From the NCBI GenBank assembly GCA_035455615.1, contig DATIET010000249.1, forward strand, positions 1 through 36,542: DNA of 36,542 nucleotides, in the 5' to 3' direction. Shown here one piece after another: positions 16,173-25,821 of the stretch. The DNA comes from Thermodesulfobacteriota bacterium (lineage in GTDB: Bacteria > Desulfobacterota_D > UBA1144 > Nemesobacterales > UBA2774). Made by a program: the position numbers and the translations under genes. The first letter of the stretch is position 1. Each line of letters begins with the position of its first letter. The notes under the pieces were generated by a model. It worked only from the letters and a program-made list of their open reading frames with translations. It made no database searches and was not told the DNA's origin.

Positions 16173-17288
16173 ATGAAGCTAAAGCAGCTGGAATACATAG
16201 ACGACGAAAGCGACCTCGAGAGCCCGGACCTCGACACGGAAGACTTATCGGACGAAGAGGATTTTTCCGGTTATGAAGAAGGGGAGCCTGAAGAGGAAAA
16301 ACCCGGGGGTAAGTTTTTCAAAAGCGGTAGGGATATTACCGACCCCAATTACAGGCTGCTCTACGCATATTTTAAAGAGCTCAACGATGAGACACTGCTC
16401 AGCAAGCGGGACGAAGCGGTTCTCGCGGCAAAGATAAAGTTTTGCGAAACCAGGGCGAAAAAAATCACGGGGCGTTTAAATAATAAACCAAAGCGGGGGA
16501 ACGGAACCCCGCCGAGGGACGAGAGTATACTCGACGCCCTCGGCAGGTCATATACCGCAAGGTCGAAGCAGTTTCAGGATAAGTTCATCAAGTCTAACCT
16601 GAGACTCGTAATCGAGCTCGCAAACAAATACACCGGGAGGGGGCTGCCTCTCACGGACTTGATCCAGGAAGGGAACATCGGCCTCATGAAGGCAGTAACG
16701 AAATTCGACCATACGAAGGGATTCAAGTTCTCCACGTACGCATCATGGTGGATACACCAGTCTTTATCCAGAGCCGTGATGGAGCAGACGCATATAATAC
16801 TCATACCGGTTTATCTGCAGGAGCTGGCTGCGAAGGTATTCAGGGCAAAAGCGAAGCTCGAACACAATACGGATAAGAACGCGATGCCCGAGCAGATCGC
16901 AAATGAAACGAATATCCCCATCGATGCCGTAAGCACGATACTAAAGGGAAACGATCTCGTAGTGCCCCTCGAGCTCCTTCCCGGGAACGAGGATTCCAAA
17001 TCATATCTCGATATCACGTCCGACCCCAACGCCAAGAGGCCCGAATATTATCTGACACTCCGGTCGATCAACGACGAGGTCAGGGACTCGCTCGAATTAT
17101 TATCCGAGAGGGAGAAGGACGTGCTCATGATGAGGTTCGGGATCGATTATGAAAACGACCACAAGCTCGAGCAGATTGCGGACAAGTACGGCCTAAGCCG
17201 GGAGAGGATCAGGCAGATCGAAAAGGACGCCCTCACCAAACTGGCGGGCTCCGAGCGAAGTGGAGTGCTGAGGGAATTTTTGAATTAA
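16173..17288 (+). CDS. sigma-70-family RNA polymerase sigma factor (RpoD/RpoS-like domain set, divergent)
   Basis: 371 aa with an acidic N-terminus. Region 2: NLRLVIELANKYTGRGLPLTDLIQEGNIGLMKAVTKFDHTKGFKFSTYASWWI. Region 4.2: LEQIADKYGLSRERIRQIEKDALTKL. Confidence 0.9.
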   Translation: MKLKQLEYIDDESDLESPDLDTEDLSDEEDFSGYEEGEPEEEKPGGKFFKSGRDITDPNYRLLYAYFKELNDETLLSKRDEAVLAAKIKFCETRAKKITGRLNNKPKRGNGTPPRDESILDALGRSYTARSKQFQDKFIKSNLRLVIELANKYTGRGLPLTDLIQEGNIGLMKAVTKFDHTKGFKFSTYASWWIHQSLSRAVMEQTHIILIPVYLQELAAKVFRAKAKLEHNTDKNAMPEQIANETNIPIDAVSTILKGNDLVVPLELLPGNEDSKSYLDITSDPNAKRPEYYLTLRSINDEVRDSLELLSEREKDVLMMRFGIDYENDHKLEQIADKYGLSRERIRQIEKDALTKLAGSERSGVLREFLN

Positions 17289-17373
17289 CCACCCCCGTTT
17301 TAAAAAACGCTAATAAATTTATCTCAACGGAACCAGAGACCCCCTGATGTCCGGGGTCGGTTCAGGAGACACG

Positions 17374-17883
17374 ATGAGCGAGAATATAAAGCGGATTATA
17401 GCCGCCAACAGGGAGTACGCGAAGGAATTTGGCGATAAGGGGAAGATGGGGATAGTCCCCGCGAGGAAAATTGCGATCCTGACATGCATGGACGCGCGCA
17501 TCGAGCCCATGCGTCTTGCGGGCCTGGGGACGGGGGACGCGCATATCGTCCGGAACGCGGGCGGGAGGGCGAGCGACGACGCGATCAGGTCGCTCGTGAT
17601 CTCAAACAGACTCGTAGGCACGAGCGAATGGCTCGTCATCCACCACACGGGATGCGGAATAGAGAACCTCACTAACGAAAAGATGGCGGAATTAGCGGGG
17701 GAACCGCATAAAACGAGCGAAGGGGATTACATGAACTGGCTCACTATAAGGGACAGGATGCAGAGCATAAAGGACGACGTAAAGAGGCTGAGGGAACATC
17801 CCCTTACACCCGAGGGCGTTACCGTCTCAGGATTTATTTATGAAATCGAAACCGGGCTTCTTACCGAGATAGACTGCGATTGA
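17374..17883 (+). CDS. beta-class carbonic anhydrase-like protein
   Basis: Zn-ligand motifs CMDAR (ILTCMDARIEP) and HxxC (VIHHTGCG). ATG 17374 has GGAGA 5 nt upstream; the ORF extends to 17347. Confidence 0.8.
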   Translation: MSENIKRIIAANREYAKEFGDKGKMGIVPARKIAILTCMDARIEPMRLAGLGTGDAHIVRNAGGRASDDAIRSLVISNRLVGTSEWLVIHHTGCGIENLTNEKMAELAGEPHKTSEGDYMNWLTIRDRMQSIKDDVKRLREHPLTPEGVTVSGFIYEIETGLLTEIDCD

Positions 17884-17953
17884 ATAAATCCGTATAAGGA
17901 CGGGCAGCACCTGATGTGTATATATTCGGTATGGACTGATTCGTAAAGACCGG

Positions 17954-18904
17954 CTAAACGCCCCTCGACGCCGTTTTAAACTGGATCGTATCGGGAAACG
18001 GGAACCTCGTATGCTCTTCCTTGCCGTCTAACTCCTCTACTTCGTCGGCCCCGAATTCCCTGAGACGGGAAATTACCTCGAGAACGACCGTCTCGGGCGT
18101 AGAAGCGCCCGAGCTCAACCCCACGACCATGTCTTCCCGGAACATCTCTCTTCTGAGATTATCCGCCCCTTCGATAAGATACGCATTCTTGACCCCGTTC
18201 GATTTTGCGACCTCGACGAGACGGTTCGAATTGGAGCTTTCGGGCGAGCCCATAATGAATATAATATCCGCCTGCGCGGCAAGGGCCTTAACCGCGTCCT
18301 GCCTGTTCTGAGTGGCGTAGCATATGTCGAGCTTGGACGGACTCATTATCTTCGGGAACCTTCTCTTTAAAACTTCCAGTATCTCTTTTGTGTCGTCGAC
18401 GCTCAATGTCGTCTGCGTTACATAGGCGACCCTGTCCGGGTCTTCGAGGACGACCTCCTCGGCTTCGGAGACCGACTCCACTACTACGACCCTCTCGGGG
18501 GCTTCGCCGCTCGTCCCTATGACCTCGACGTGGTTCCTATGCCCGATAAGGATAATCGTGTACCCCATGTCGGCATAATGCTTGACTTCGTTATGGACCT
18601 TCGTCACGAGCGGGCAAACCGCGTCGACGACGTCGAGCTTTCTCATCTCCGCTTCCTCCCTTACTGCGGGGCTTATGCCGTGGGCGCTGAATATCACCTT
18701 CGCCCCTTTGCGGTCGATCTCGGCGAGCTCCTCGACAAACCTGACCCCCTTATTCTTGAGGGACTCCACCACGCGCTTGTTATGGACAATCGCGTGGCGC
18801 ACGTATATCGGCGGGCCGTACATCTCGAGCGCCCGCTCGACTATTTCGATCGCTCGGTCCACGCCCGCGCAAAAACCCCTCGGTTTGGCAACTATTACAC
18901 GCAT
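17954..18904 (-). CDS. ispH: 4-hydroxy-3-methylbut-2-enyl diphosphate reductase IspH (LytB)
   Basis: MRVIVAKPRGFCAGVDRAI, CPLVTKVH and ICYATQNRQ supply the three cluster cysteines. ATG 18904 has GGAGA 7 nt upstream; the ORF extends to 18949. Confidence 0.93.
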   Translation of the reverse strand: MRVIVAKPRGFCAGVDRAIEIVERALEMYGPPIYVRHAIVHNKRVVESLKNKGVRFVEELAEIDRKGAKVIFSAHGISPAVREEAEMRKLDVVDAVCPLVTKVHNEVKHYADMGYTIILIGHRNHVEVIGTSGEAPERVVVVESVSEAEEVVLEDPDRVAYVTQTTLSVDDTKEILEVLKRRFPKIMSPSKLDICYATQNRQDAVKALAAQADIIFIMGSPESSNSNRLVEVAKSNGVKNAYLIEGADNLRREMFREDMVVGLSSGASTPETVVLEVISRLREFGADEVEELDGKEEHTRFPFPDTIQFKTASRGV

Positions 18905-19006
18905 AACTATTCTCCGTAAATATAATACACTCTCCGTCAGGCTCTTCATAACCTGAACCAGAAAACCTTCGAGAAAAGGGTTCGGAGTCAGGCTATAACG
19001 GCCTGT

Positions 19007-19831
19007 CTAGGCTCTTATGAACCCGTCCAGAAACGCGTAGAACTCCTCACGCCGATCGAGCATAACCCAGTGGGAGGCCACATTAAACTCCCTACATTCA
19101 AGATTATTTCCGGATAAAAAGCCCTTTGTCGAATCCATAGCAGGCCTAGTTCCGGCACAGAAGATTCTGGGCAATTCGAGCCCCTTATACGCAAGCGAAA
19201 TTTCATTATTGCCAATCTCGTCCTCGCTTTCGGTCCTCCGTACCAATTCCGTCGCCGTCTGAGCAAAAGCCTCAGGGTCGCACTCGATCACGGAATCGAA
19301 ATACTTTATGGTCGAAGCGCTCTCATTATCCTCAAGTAATATCTTTTTGAAACCTCCTTCGTGGAGCCATTTGCCGAATTCCGGCATGTCGTGATTCAAT
19401 TGCCCGAGCGCCCTCACAGCATTCGTCGATAAGACCAAGGTGTCACGCGTTATGCATCCTTCGATGTTCACGAATTTTTTAATCCTGCGTTTCTCATCAT
19501 CCCCGCACATGAACGTCCCTAACACGCCGCCGTAAGAATGGCCGACGATTATGATATCTCTCAGGTCGAAATAATCGATCAGCTCACCGAGAATCCCGAG
19601 CTGGTTCGAGAAAGAATAATCGGGATCGTCTTTAACCTTCTCACTCTTACCAAACCCGAGCAGGTCGGGGACGATGACTGAATAATCGGACAACAGGCCA
19701 TAGGCATCGAAAAAGCATCTCCCGGATTCGCCGATCCCGTGTATGAACAGTAGAGGGGGCTTGCCGTTTTCCTTTATCCTGTACCTGACGAAAACGCTAT
19801 GACCCAGCAAATTAACGATTTCCGCTTTCAT
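19007..19831 (-). CDS. alpha/beta-fold hydrolase
   Basis: 274 aa. PPLLFIHGIGESGRCF (oxyanion region) and the nucleophile elbow IIVGHSYGG. The gene is visibly AT-richer than its flanks. Confidence 0.8.
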   Translation of the reverse strand: MKAEIVNLLGHSVFVRYRIKENGKPPLLFIHGIGESGRCFFDAYGLLSDYSVIVPDLLGFGKSEKVKDDPDYSFSNQLGILGELIDYFDLRDIIIVGHSYGGVLGTFMCGDDEKRRIKKFVNIEGCITRDTLVLSTNAVRALGQLNHDMPEFGKWLHEGGFKKILLEDNESASTIKYFDSVIECDPEAFAQTATELVRRTESEDEIGNNEISLAYKGLELPRIFCAGTRPAMDSTKGFLSGNNLECREFNVASHWVMLDRREEFYAFLDGFIRA

Positions 19832-20035
19832 TATTCCTCTTCCACTTAATTATCGTGAGCGGCAGCAGCGTCTCACTTCCCGATTATTGTTTGGCTCTTC
19901 CATTTTATACACAATTATAGTATGAATTTTATTAGCCGGGTGCCTGTTATATTTTAACCAGCAAAGCCGGCACGCCGGTTTGAGCTTTTAAATTTCCTTG
20001 ATTGCCGCGACAAATCAAAGAACGAGGTTAACAGG

Positions 20036-20818
20036 ATGAGACTAAAAGATAAAGTAGCGATTATAACGGGGGGATCTTCGGGCATAGGGAAGGCGATTGC
20101 GCTCGGATATGTCAGGGAAGGGGCTAAAGTCGCAATAGCCGCCCTGCATGAGGACCCTTGCCTTGAGGTGGTAAGGGAAATCGAGGGCCTCGGAGGCCAG
20201 GCCATGTATTATACTCTCGACGTCTCCGACCTCGGGAAGCATCAGGAGCTGCTCGACAAGACAATAAACACATTCGGCAAGGTCGATATATTAGTGAATG
20301 ACGCGGGCTATGCGAGGCGCGAGACAGTATTCGACGTGACGCCCGAGGACTGGGATAAAATGATGGATATAAATCTAAAGAGCGTCTTTTTCCTCTCCCA
20401 GAGCTTCGCCAGGCAGGTCATCAAGCAGGGGACTCCCGGAAGGATAATAAATATCGGCTCAGTTGCGGGCGCGATGGACATGCACCCGGTCTCGATCGCC
20501 TACCACGCGGCGAAAGGGGCGCTGATAAACGTGACGAGGGTGATGGCGGTCGACCTCGCCCATTACAACATAACGGTTAACTGCATAGGCCCGGGCTCCA
20601 CGATCACGCCGCTCTCCGCGTCCAAAAACCCTGAATACGACGATTACATGACAAAGGGCATACCGGAGGGGAGAAGGGGCACGCCGGAAGACATGGTACC
20701 GCCCGCCGTGATGTTCGCGACGGACGAGGCATCGTATATTACGGGACAGACCATATTCGTCGAAGGCGGGGCCATGTCGGTCTATCTCGGGAAAGACGAG
20801 CCCGACTTCAAGGCGTGA
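20036..20818 (+). CDS. short-chain dehydrogenase/reductase (SDR)
   Basis: TGGSSGIGKAIA cofactor motif, NDAG, and the catalytic YHAAKGA (YxxxK). Confidence 0.9.
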   Translation: MRLKDKVAIITGGSSGIGKAIALGYVREGAKVAIAALHEDPCLEVVREIEGLGGQAMYYTLDVSDLGKHQELLDKTINTFGKVDILVNDAGYARRETVFDVTPEDWDKMMDINLKSVFFLSQSFARQVIKQGTPGRIINIGSVAGAMDMHPVSIAYHAAKGALINVTRVMAVDLAHYNITVNCIGPGSTITPLSASKNPEYDDYMTKGIPEGRRGTPEDMVPPAVMFATDEASYITGQTIFVEGGAMSVYLGKDEPDFKA

Positions 20819-20825
20819 GAGTCCG

Positions 20826-21422
20826 TCACCCGTCGATTATCAGATCGGCTTTCTTTCTGTGCTTATCAATGTAGGGGAGATAGCCGTCGTAGTATATCTC
20901 CTTCTTCTCGAGCCACCCGTGGGGGTCGAGGTGACGCTTCGATTCGTCCCTCGATTGGGCCCGGGCGAGCGCGACGTCCACAGACGTGTCCACAAAGATT
21001 CCTAAATCAACGAGCCCGTCGAGCTCGTCGTCTAAAGAAAAGAGTCCTTCCAGTATGAAATATCCGTACTTTACCGTGTCGATAGTAATCCGTTTACAAA
21101 GATTGCCAGTTTCGACATCGTAAAAACCCGAGGCATCGAAGATCTTATTTGACCTTATCGAAAGGAGCGTTTCTTTTACCTTGCCGATATCGTACCAGCC
21201 GCGGAGGTGTATATTACCTTCCTCAATTTTTCTATTCCATTCAGACCGGGGTACAGAGACGAATAAATCCATCGTGATGAGGAGCGCGCCGGGGGAAAGG
21301 GCATCCTTCAATACCCCGCCCAGGTAGCTTTTCCCGCTCCCTATAGTCCCGTCGATCGCTATAATATAAGGGAAGGTTTTTGCGCGCGCGCGAATCTCTC
21401 GGGCGATCTCTCCGGAATCCAT
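20826..21422 (-). CDS. P-loop kinase, uridine-kinase/PRK-like
   Basis: 198 aa. Walker A in YIIAIDGTIGSGKSYLG. The length and the LITMDLF / ILEGLF blocks resemble the uridine kinase family. The substrate is unknown. Confidence 0.55.
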   Translation of the reverse strand: MDSGEIAREIRARAKTFPYIIAIDGTIGSGKSYLGGVLKDALSPGALLITMDLFVSVPRSEWNRKIEEGNIHLRGWYDIGKVKETLLSIRSNKIFDASGFYDVETGNLCKRITIDTVKYGYFILEGLFSLDDELDGLVDLGIFVDTSVDVALARAQSRDESKRHLDPHGWLEKKEIYYDGYLPYIDKHRKKADLIIDG

Positions 21423-21440
21423 GAACCAAACTATATATCT

Positions 21441-22184
21441 TTAGATAATTCCGAGCAACTTTAACGCTATTATAAAGATCGCGAGGACCATGACGTAGCG
21501 GATAATCCTCTCCCCGCCCTTGATAGAGAAGCGCACCGCCCACCAGCCGCCCAGGGCATTCCCGGCCGCGAGACAAAGGCCGAGCACCCAGTCTACATTC
21601 CCGGTCCAGATGAATATGATCAGGGCCGGGACTGTAAAGAGCATGGTTACGAACACCTTGTGCATGTTCACGCGTATGAGGTCCATATTGAGGAGATGAT
21701 AAAATGCCGCCATTATTAAGAAACCCACTCCGACTTGAATGAAGCCTCCGTAAAAGCCGATGCCCAGCATCACGGGGTATATGAGCCACGACTTCTTTTC
21801 ACCGTTTGTAATAACTTCGAATTTCTGCGGTATCAGCATAGACACTATTATCCCTATCATAACGAGGCCGAGGATACGGTCGAACCACTCGTTGCTTAAC
21901 TTGAGCGATACGAGCGCCCCCAGCACAGCCCCCGGAAGCGTGAGCAATGAGAGCTTGACGCTCTTTTCGATTTCGGAAATTTTCGCCTTACGGTATGTTA
22001 GGGTCGCGGTTATGCTCTGGAGGAGTATCCCTATACGGTTAGTGCCGTTCGCCAGAGAGCTGTCGAGTCCGATAAAAATAAGGGCAGGCAGAGTGAGGCT
22101 GGAGCCGCCCCCGGCCATCACGTTGATTACGCCCGCCAGAAGCCCCACACCGAAGAGGATCAGAACATCGAGATATTCAGGCAT
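21441..22184 (-). CDS. TauE/SafE (DUF81) family anion exporter membrane protein
   Basis: Polytopic, with the family-typical GLLAGVINVMAGGGSSLTLPAL near the N-terminus and a repeated half. I start at ATG 22184; the ORF extends to 22232. Confidence 0.8.
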   Translation of the reverse strand: MPEYLDVLILFGVGLLAGVINVMAGGGSSLTLPALIFIGLDSSLANGTNRIGILLQSITATLTYRKAKISEIEKSVKLSLLTLPGAVLGALVSLKLSNEWFDRILGLVMIGIIVSMLIPQKFEVITNGEKKSWLIYPVMLGIGFYGGFIQVGVGFLIMAAFYHLLNMDLIRVNMHKVFVTMLFTVPALIIFIWTGNVDWVLGLCLAAGNALGGWWAVRFSIKGGERIIRYVMVLAIFIIALKLLGII

Positions 22185-22272
22185 GATCTCCGCGCAGCCG
22201 GACCGAATAGACCGAGAAGAATAAAACCTCAAAACCGGGGCTGATTATAATCCTCGTTCCCTCCGTTTATGA

Positions 22273-22302
22273 TTGACATAATACTCGTCATCGTGTGATA
22301 AT
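22273..22302 (+). promoter_or_regulatory. putative promoter of the purine permease gene (TTGACA-18-GATAAT)
   Basis: A consensus -35 at 22273-22278, TG-containing spacer and -10 GATAAT at 22297-22302, about 34 nt before the ATG. Confidence 0.4.
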
Positions 22303-22335
22303 GACAACTAAAATTTTATACCTGTACTTGTCCAC

Positions 22336-23658
22336 ATGTTTAAAGGGTTATTCGATCTGAAAGAGCATGATACGACCATGGGCCGCGAGGTCGTGGCCGG
22401 CCTCACGACGTTCATGACGATGTCGTACATCATCTTCGTCCAGCCCGCCGTCCTGGGCGCGGCGGGGATGGACCCGGGCGCCGTAATGGTTGCGACGTGC
22501 GTCTCGAGCGCTCTCGGCACCGTGCTCATGGCGCTCCTGGCCAATTATCCGATCGCTCTAGCGCCTGCAATGGGACACAACTTTTATTTCACATACATAG
22601 TCGTTCTCACGCTCGGCTACTCCTGGCAGAACGCGCTCGGGGCGGTATTCGTCGCGGGCCTTGTATTTATCCTGCTTTCCACCGTGGGGTTCAGGGAGAC
22701 GCTCATGAACGTCCTGCCGGGCTGCCTCAAGAACGGGATACCGGTCGGCATAGGGCTCCTCATAGCCCTCGTAGGCTTAGAGTGGTCGGGAATCGTCACA
22801 GGGCACGCCGTGACATACGTGACTCTCGGGGACATTACGTCAAAACCGACGCTTATTGCGATAACGGGACTAGTTGTTATGGCCGTCCTCTTCGCGCTCA
22901 AAATCAGGGGGGCCATACTTATCGGCATACTGGTCACAGCCGCAGCAGGTCTCCTCACAGGCATAGTGGAGTTAAGTGGGGTCGTTGCCGCGCCCCCCTC
23001 GATCGCTCCCACGTTCCTGAAGTTTGAGATCCCGAACATATTCAAGGACCCGCAGCTGATTACGGTGATATTCGTATTCCTCTTCCTCGACCTCTTCGAC
23101 ACCATAGGGACGCTTATAGGCGTAAGCCAGCAGGGAGGGCTCATGAGGGATGGGAAGCTCCCGAGGGCTAGGCAGGCATTGCTTTCCGACGCGATAGCCA
23201 CGTGCGGCGGGGCGGCGCTCGGCACGTCAACCGTTACGAGCTACATCGAAAGCGCGTCGGGTATCTCGGCGGGAGGCAGGACCGGGCTCACAGGGATAGT
23301 TGTGGCGATACTGTTTTTACTTGCTATCTTTTTCAGTCCTGTCGTGCACATGATCGGGGCCGGCTACGTGAGCGGCGGCGTGACGCTCTATCCGGTCATT
23401 GCTCCCGCCCTGATCATCGTTGGAGCGATGATGTTCAGGAACATCGTCAACGTGGATTGGGACGATTATACGGAATCGATTCCGGCCTTCCTAACGCTCG
23501 TGATGATGCCGCTCGCATTCAGCATTACGGAAGGCATCTCGTTCGGCGTAATTTCGTACGTGTTCTTAAAGTTAGTGAGCGGGAAAGGGAAAAGGGTGCA
23601 CTGGCTCCTTTATCTCTTCGCCGTGCTCTTCGTCGCCCGTTATATATGGCTTAAATAA
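22336..23658 (+). CDS. NCS2/AzgA-family purine (adenine/guanine/hypoxanthine) permease
   Basis: 440 aa. The N-terminus FDLKEHDTTMGREVVAGLTTFMTMSYIIFVQP is typical of PbuG/AdeP/AzgA-type permeases. Polytopic. Confidence 0.9.
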   Translation: MFKGLFDLKEHDTTMGREVVAGLTTFMTMSYIIFVQPAVLGAAGMDPGAVMVATCVSSALGTVLMALLANYPIALAPAMGHNFYFTYIVVLTLGYSWQNALGAVFVAGLVFILLSTVGFRETLMNVLPGCLKNGIPVGIGLLIALVGLEWSGIVTGHAVTYVTLGDITSKPTLIAITGLVVMAVLFALKIRGAILIGILVTAAAGLLTGIVELSGVVAAPPSIAPTFLKFEIPNIFKDPQLITVIFVFLFLDLFDTIGTLIGVSQQGGLMRDGKLPRARQALLSDAIATCGGAALGTSTVTSYIESASGISAGGRTGLTGIVVAILFLLAIFFSPVVHMIGAGYVSGGVTLYPVIAPALIIVGAMMFRNIVNVDWDDYTESIPAFLTLVMMPLAFSITEGISFGVISYVFLKLVSGKGKRVHWLLYLFAVLFVARYIWLK

Positions 23659-23736
23659 GCCCCCTCCCGAATTGTTAATACAGCATGAAGCCGGTTTTTA
23701 TTTCCTATATCCAGAGTAAACTGTAGAATTAATTCT

Positions 23737-24657
23737 ATGAAAAAAGTAACCATCGCCCTCATACAAAGCAAGGTCTCGGAAGACGCCCGGTCGAACGTCT
23801 CAAGGACTATAGAGAGGATAGGCGAGGCGGCCGGGAAAGGGGCCGGGATCATCGCCCTTCAGGAGCTCTTCCAGACGCCTTATTTCCCGCAGTGGGAGAA
23901 GAAGGAGAAGGACGACTACGCCGAAAGCGCCGCGGGCTATACCGTGAGCGAGATGAGGAAGGCGGCCAAGAAATTCGGTGTGACGCTCGTCGTGCCGTTT
24001 TACGAAAAAAAGGGCGGGAAATATTTCAATACGGCTGTCGTGATAGGGAAAGACGGGAAGCTCCTCGGCCGGTATAACAAGATACACATCCCCCAGGACC
24101 CGGGATTTTACGAAAAGGAGTATTTTGAAGAGGGCCGGTCGGGGTACACGGTATTCAAGTCAGGCGGCGTAAAATTCGCCGTCCTCATATGCTACGACCA
24201 GTGGTTTCCCGAGGCCGCGCGCATGGCGCGCCTAAAAGGCGCCCAGATAATCTTCTATCCGACCGCCATAGGGAACATCACCGGCTACGACGCGGAGGGG
24301 GACTGGCACGACGCCTGGGAGACCGTACAGAGGGGACACGCGATCTCGAACAGCCTCTACGTGGCTGCCGTCAACCGGGTCGGACGCGAAGGCAGGATGG
24401 TATTCTGGGGACAGTCCTTCATATGCGATCCGTTTGGACGGGTATTGAAGCGCGCTTCAGCTACCAAGGAAGAAGCCATAATATTGACGCTCGACCTCGA
24501 GCGGAACGAATTTTATTCGGAAGGTTGGGGGTTCCTCCGCAACCGGAGGCCGGATACGTACAAAAAGCTTACCTCTTCCAAGCTGGTTAAGGAATCTAAA
24601 AAATTAAAAGACGTAGAGCATTATAAAGCTATGAAGAAAGCGCTCCGTCAGAAATAG
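23737..24657 (+). CDS. aguB: N-carbamoylputrescine amidase (CN-hydrolase family)
   Basis: E-K-C triad contexts LQELFQTPYF, YNKIHIP and ICYDQWFPEAAR, then IIFYPTAIG. Block-wise similar to AguB as I recall it. It has an extra Lys-rich C-terminal tail. Confidence 0.85.
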   Translation: MKKVTIALIQSKVSEDARSNVSRTIERIGEAAGKGAGIIALQELFQTPYFPQWEKKEKDDYAESAAGYTVSEMRKAAKKFGVTLVVPFYEKKGGKYFNTAVVIGKDGKLLGRYNKIHIPQDPGFYEKEYFEEGRSGYTVFKSGGVKFAVLICYDQWFPEAARMARLKGAQIIFYPTAIGNITGYDAEGDWHDAWETVQRGHAISNSLYVAAVNRVGREGRMVFWGQSFICDPFGRVLKRASATKEEAIILTLDLERNEFYSEGWGFLRNRRPDTYKKLTSSKLVKESKKLKDVEHYKAMKKALRQK

Positions 24658-24667
24658 TCCGCAGTTT

Positions 24668-25699
24668 ATGAGAAGCGAAAACAAGAAGTCATACAGAATG
24701 CCCGCCGAATGGGAGCCGCACTCGGCCATATGGCTCGCCTGGCCATACGACGAGGTCACCTTTCCCGCCAGGGTGGAAAAAGCTGAAGCCGCATTCGTAA
24801 AGATCCTGGGCGCGATACATATGAGCGAGCGGGCGGAGCTCCTCGTATTGGACGAAGAGATGAAGGAAAGGGCGTACGGGATGCTGGCCGCGGCGGACAT
24901 AGATATGCGGAGGATACATTTCCACGTCACCGATTACGCGGACGTGTGGTTGAGGGACACGGGGCCGATTTTCGTCAAAGACGGGTCGGGAAAGACGGTG
25001 ATTACGAAATGGCCCTTCAATGCATGGGGCAACAAGTTTCCTGAATTATTGAAGGATTCCGCCATCCCCGATAAAATCAGGGAGTGGAAGAAATTACACG
25101 TCGAAAGGCCCGGGATCATTATCGAAGGGGGCGCAATCGACGTGAACGGCCAGGGAGTGTGCCTCACAACCGAGCAGTGCCTGCTCAACGAGAACCGGAA
25201 CCCGGGGAAGACTAAAGCGGACATAGAAAAGTATCTCGAAGTATACCTCGGTATAAGAAAAACAGTCTGGCTCAAGGAAGGACTCGTCAACGACCATACC
25301 GACGGGCATATCGACGAGCTCGCCCGTTTCGTCGCCCCCGGAAAGATTGTCTCCGCATATGAAGACGACCCTGGAGACGAGAACTACCTGATACTCCAGG
25401 CTAATTATAAAACCCTAACCGAGGCGACCGATACCAATGGAAAACCCTTCGACGTCGTCAAGCTGCCCATGCCCCACGTGCGCTACGATGACGGGCAGAA
25501 GGCCCCCGTTTCCTACACTAACTTTTATATAGGCAACACGGTAGTCCTCGCGGCTACTTTCAACGACGAGAACGACAGAGAGGCCCTCGAAATCCTGAGA
25601 GATTGTTTCCCCGGACGCGAAATCACGGGCATCGACTGCAGCGACATAATATACGGGGGCGGCGCACTGCACTGCATGACGCAGCAGGAGCCGGAATGA
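24668..25699 (+). CDS. aguA: agmatine deiminase
   Basis: YRMPAEWEPHSAIWLAWP, WLRDTGPIF, DGHIDE and the C-terminal catalytic GGGALHCMTQQEP. Confidence 0.9.
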   Translation: MRSENKKSYRMPAEWEPHSAIWLAWPYDEVTFPARVEKAEAAFVKILGAIHMSERAELLVLDEEMKERAYGMLAAADIDMRRIHFHVTDYADVWLRDTGPIFVKDGSGKTVITKWPFNAWGNKFPELLKDSAIPDKIREWKKLHVERPGIIIEGGAIDVNGQGVCLTTEQCLLNENRNPGKTKADIEKYLEVYLGIRKTVWLKEGLVNDHTDGHIDELARFVAPGKIVSAYEDDPGDENYLILQANYKTLTEATDTNGKPFDVVKLPMPHVRYDDGQKAPVSYTNFYIGNTVVLAATFNDENDREALEILRDCFPGREITGIDCSDIIYGGGALHCMTQQEPE

Positions 25700-25734
25700 A
25701 TTTTGATTCTGTACAATTAAGCTAGGTATGAATT

Positions 25735-25762
25735 TTGACAAGGATACGCAGGGCTATAAAAT
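25735..25762 (+). promoter_or_regulatory. putative promoter (TTGACA-16-TAAAAT) for the DHS-like gene
   Basis: A consensus -35 at 25735-25740 and -10 TAAAAT at 25757-25762. This implies a leader of about 140 nt. Confidence 0.4.
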
Positions 25763-25821
25763 ATTCACGGGTCATCAGAATTCGAACGATAAAAGTTTAT
25801 TACCGAAAGAAAAAACAGATT

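Noticed and set aside
22233-22335. I looked for a purine riboswitch in front of the AzgA-type purine permease.
   Set aside because: The predicted promoter leaves only a ~30-nt leader. No UAUAAU...CUACC-type three-way-junction elements are present.
25708-25722. AGCTAGGTATGAATT resembles one half of the MarR-associated palindrome (TTAGGTATG).
   Set aside because: Only a half-site is present. No complementary CTAA arm lies at the right distance.
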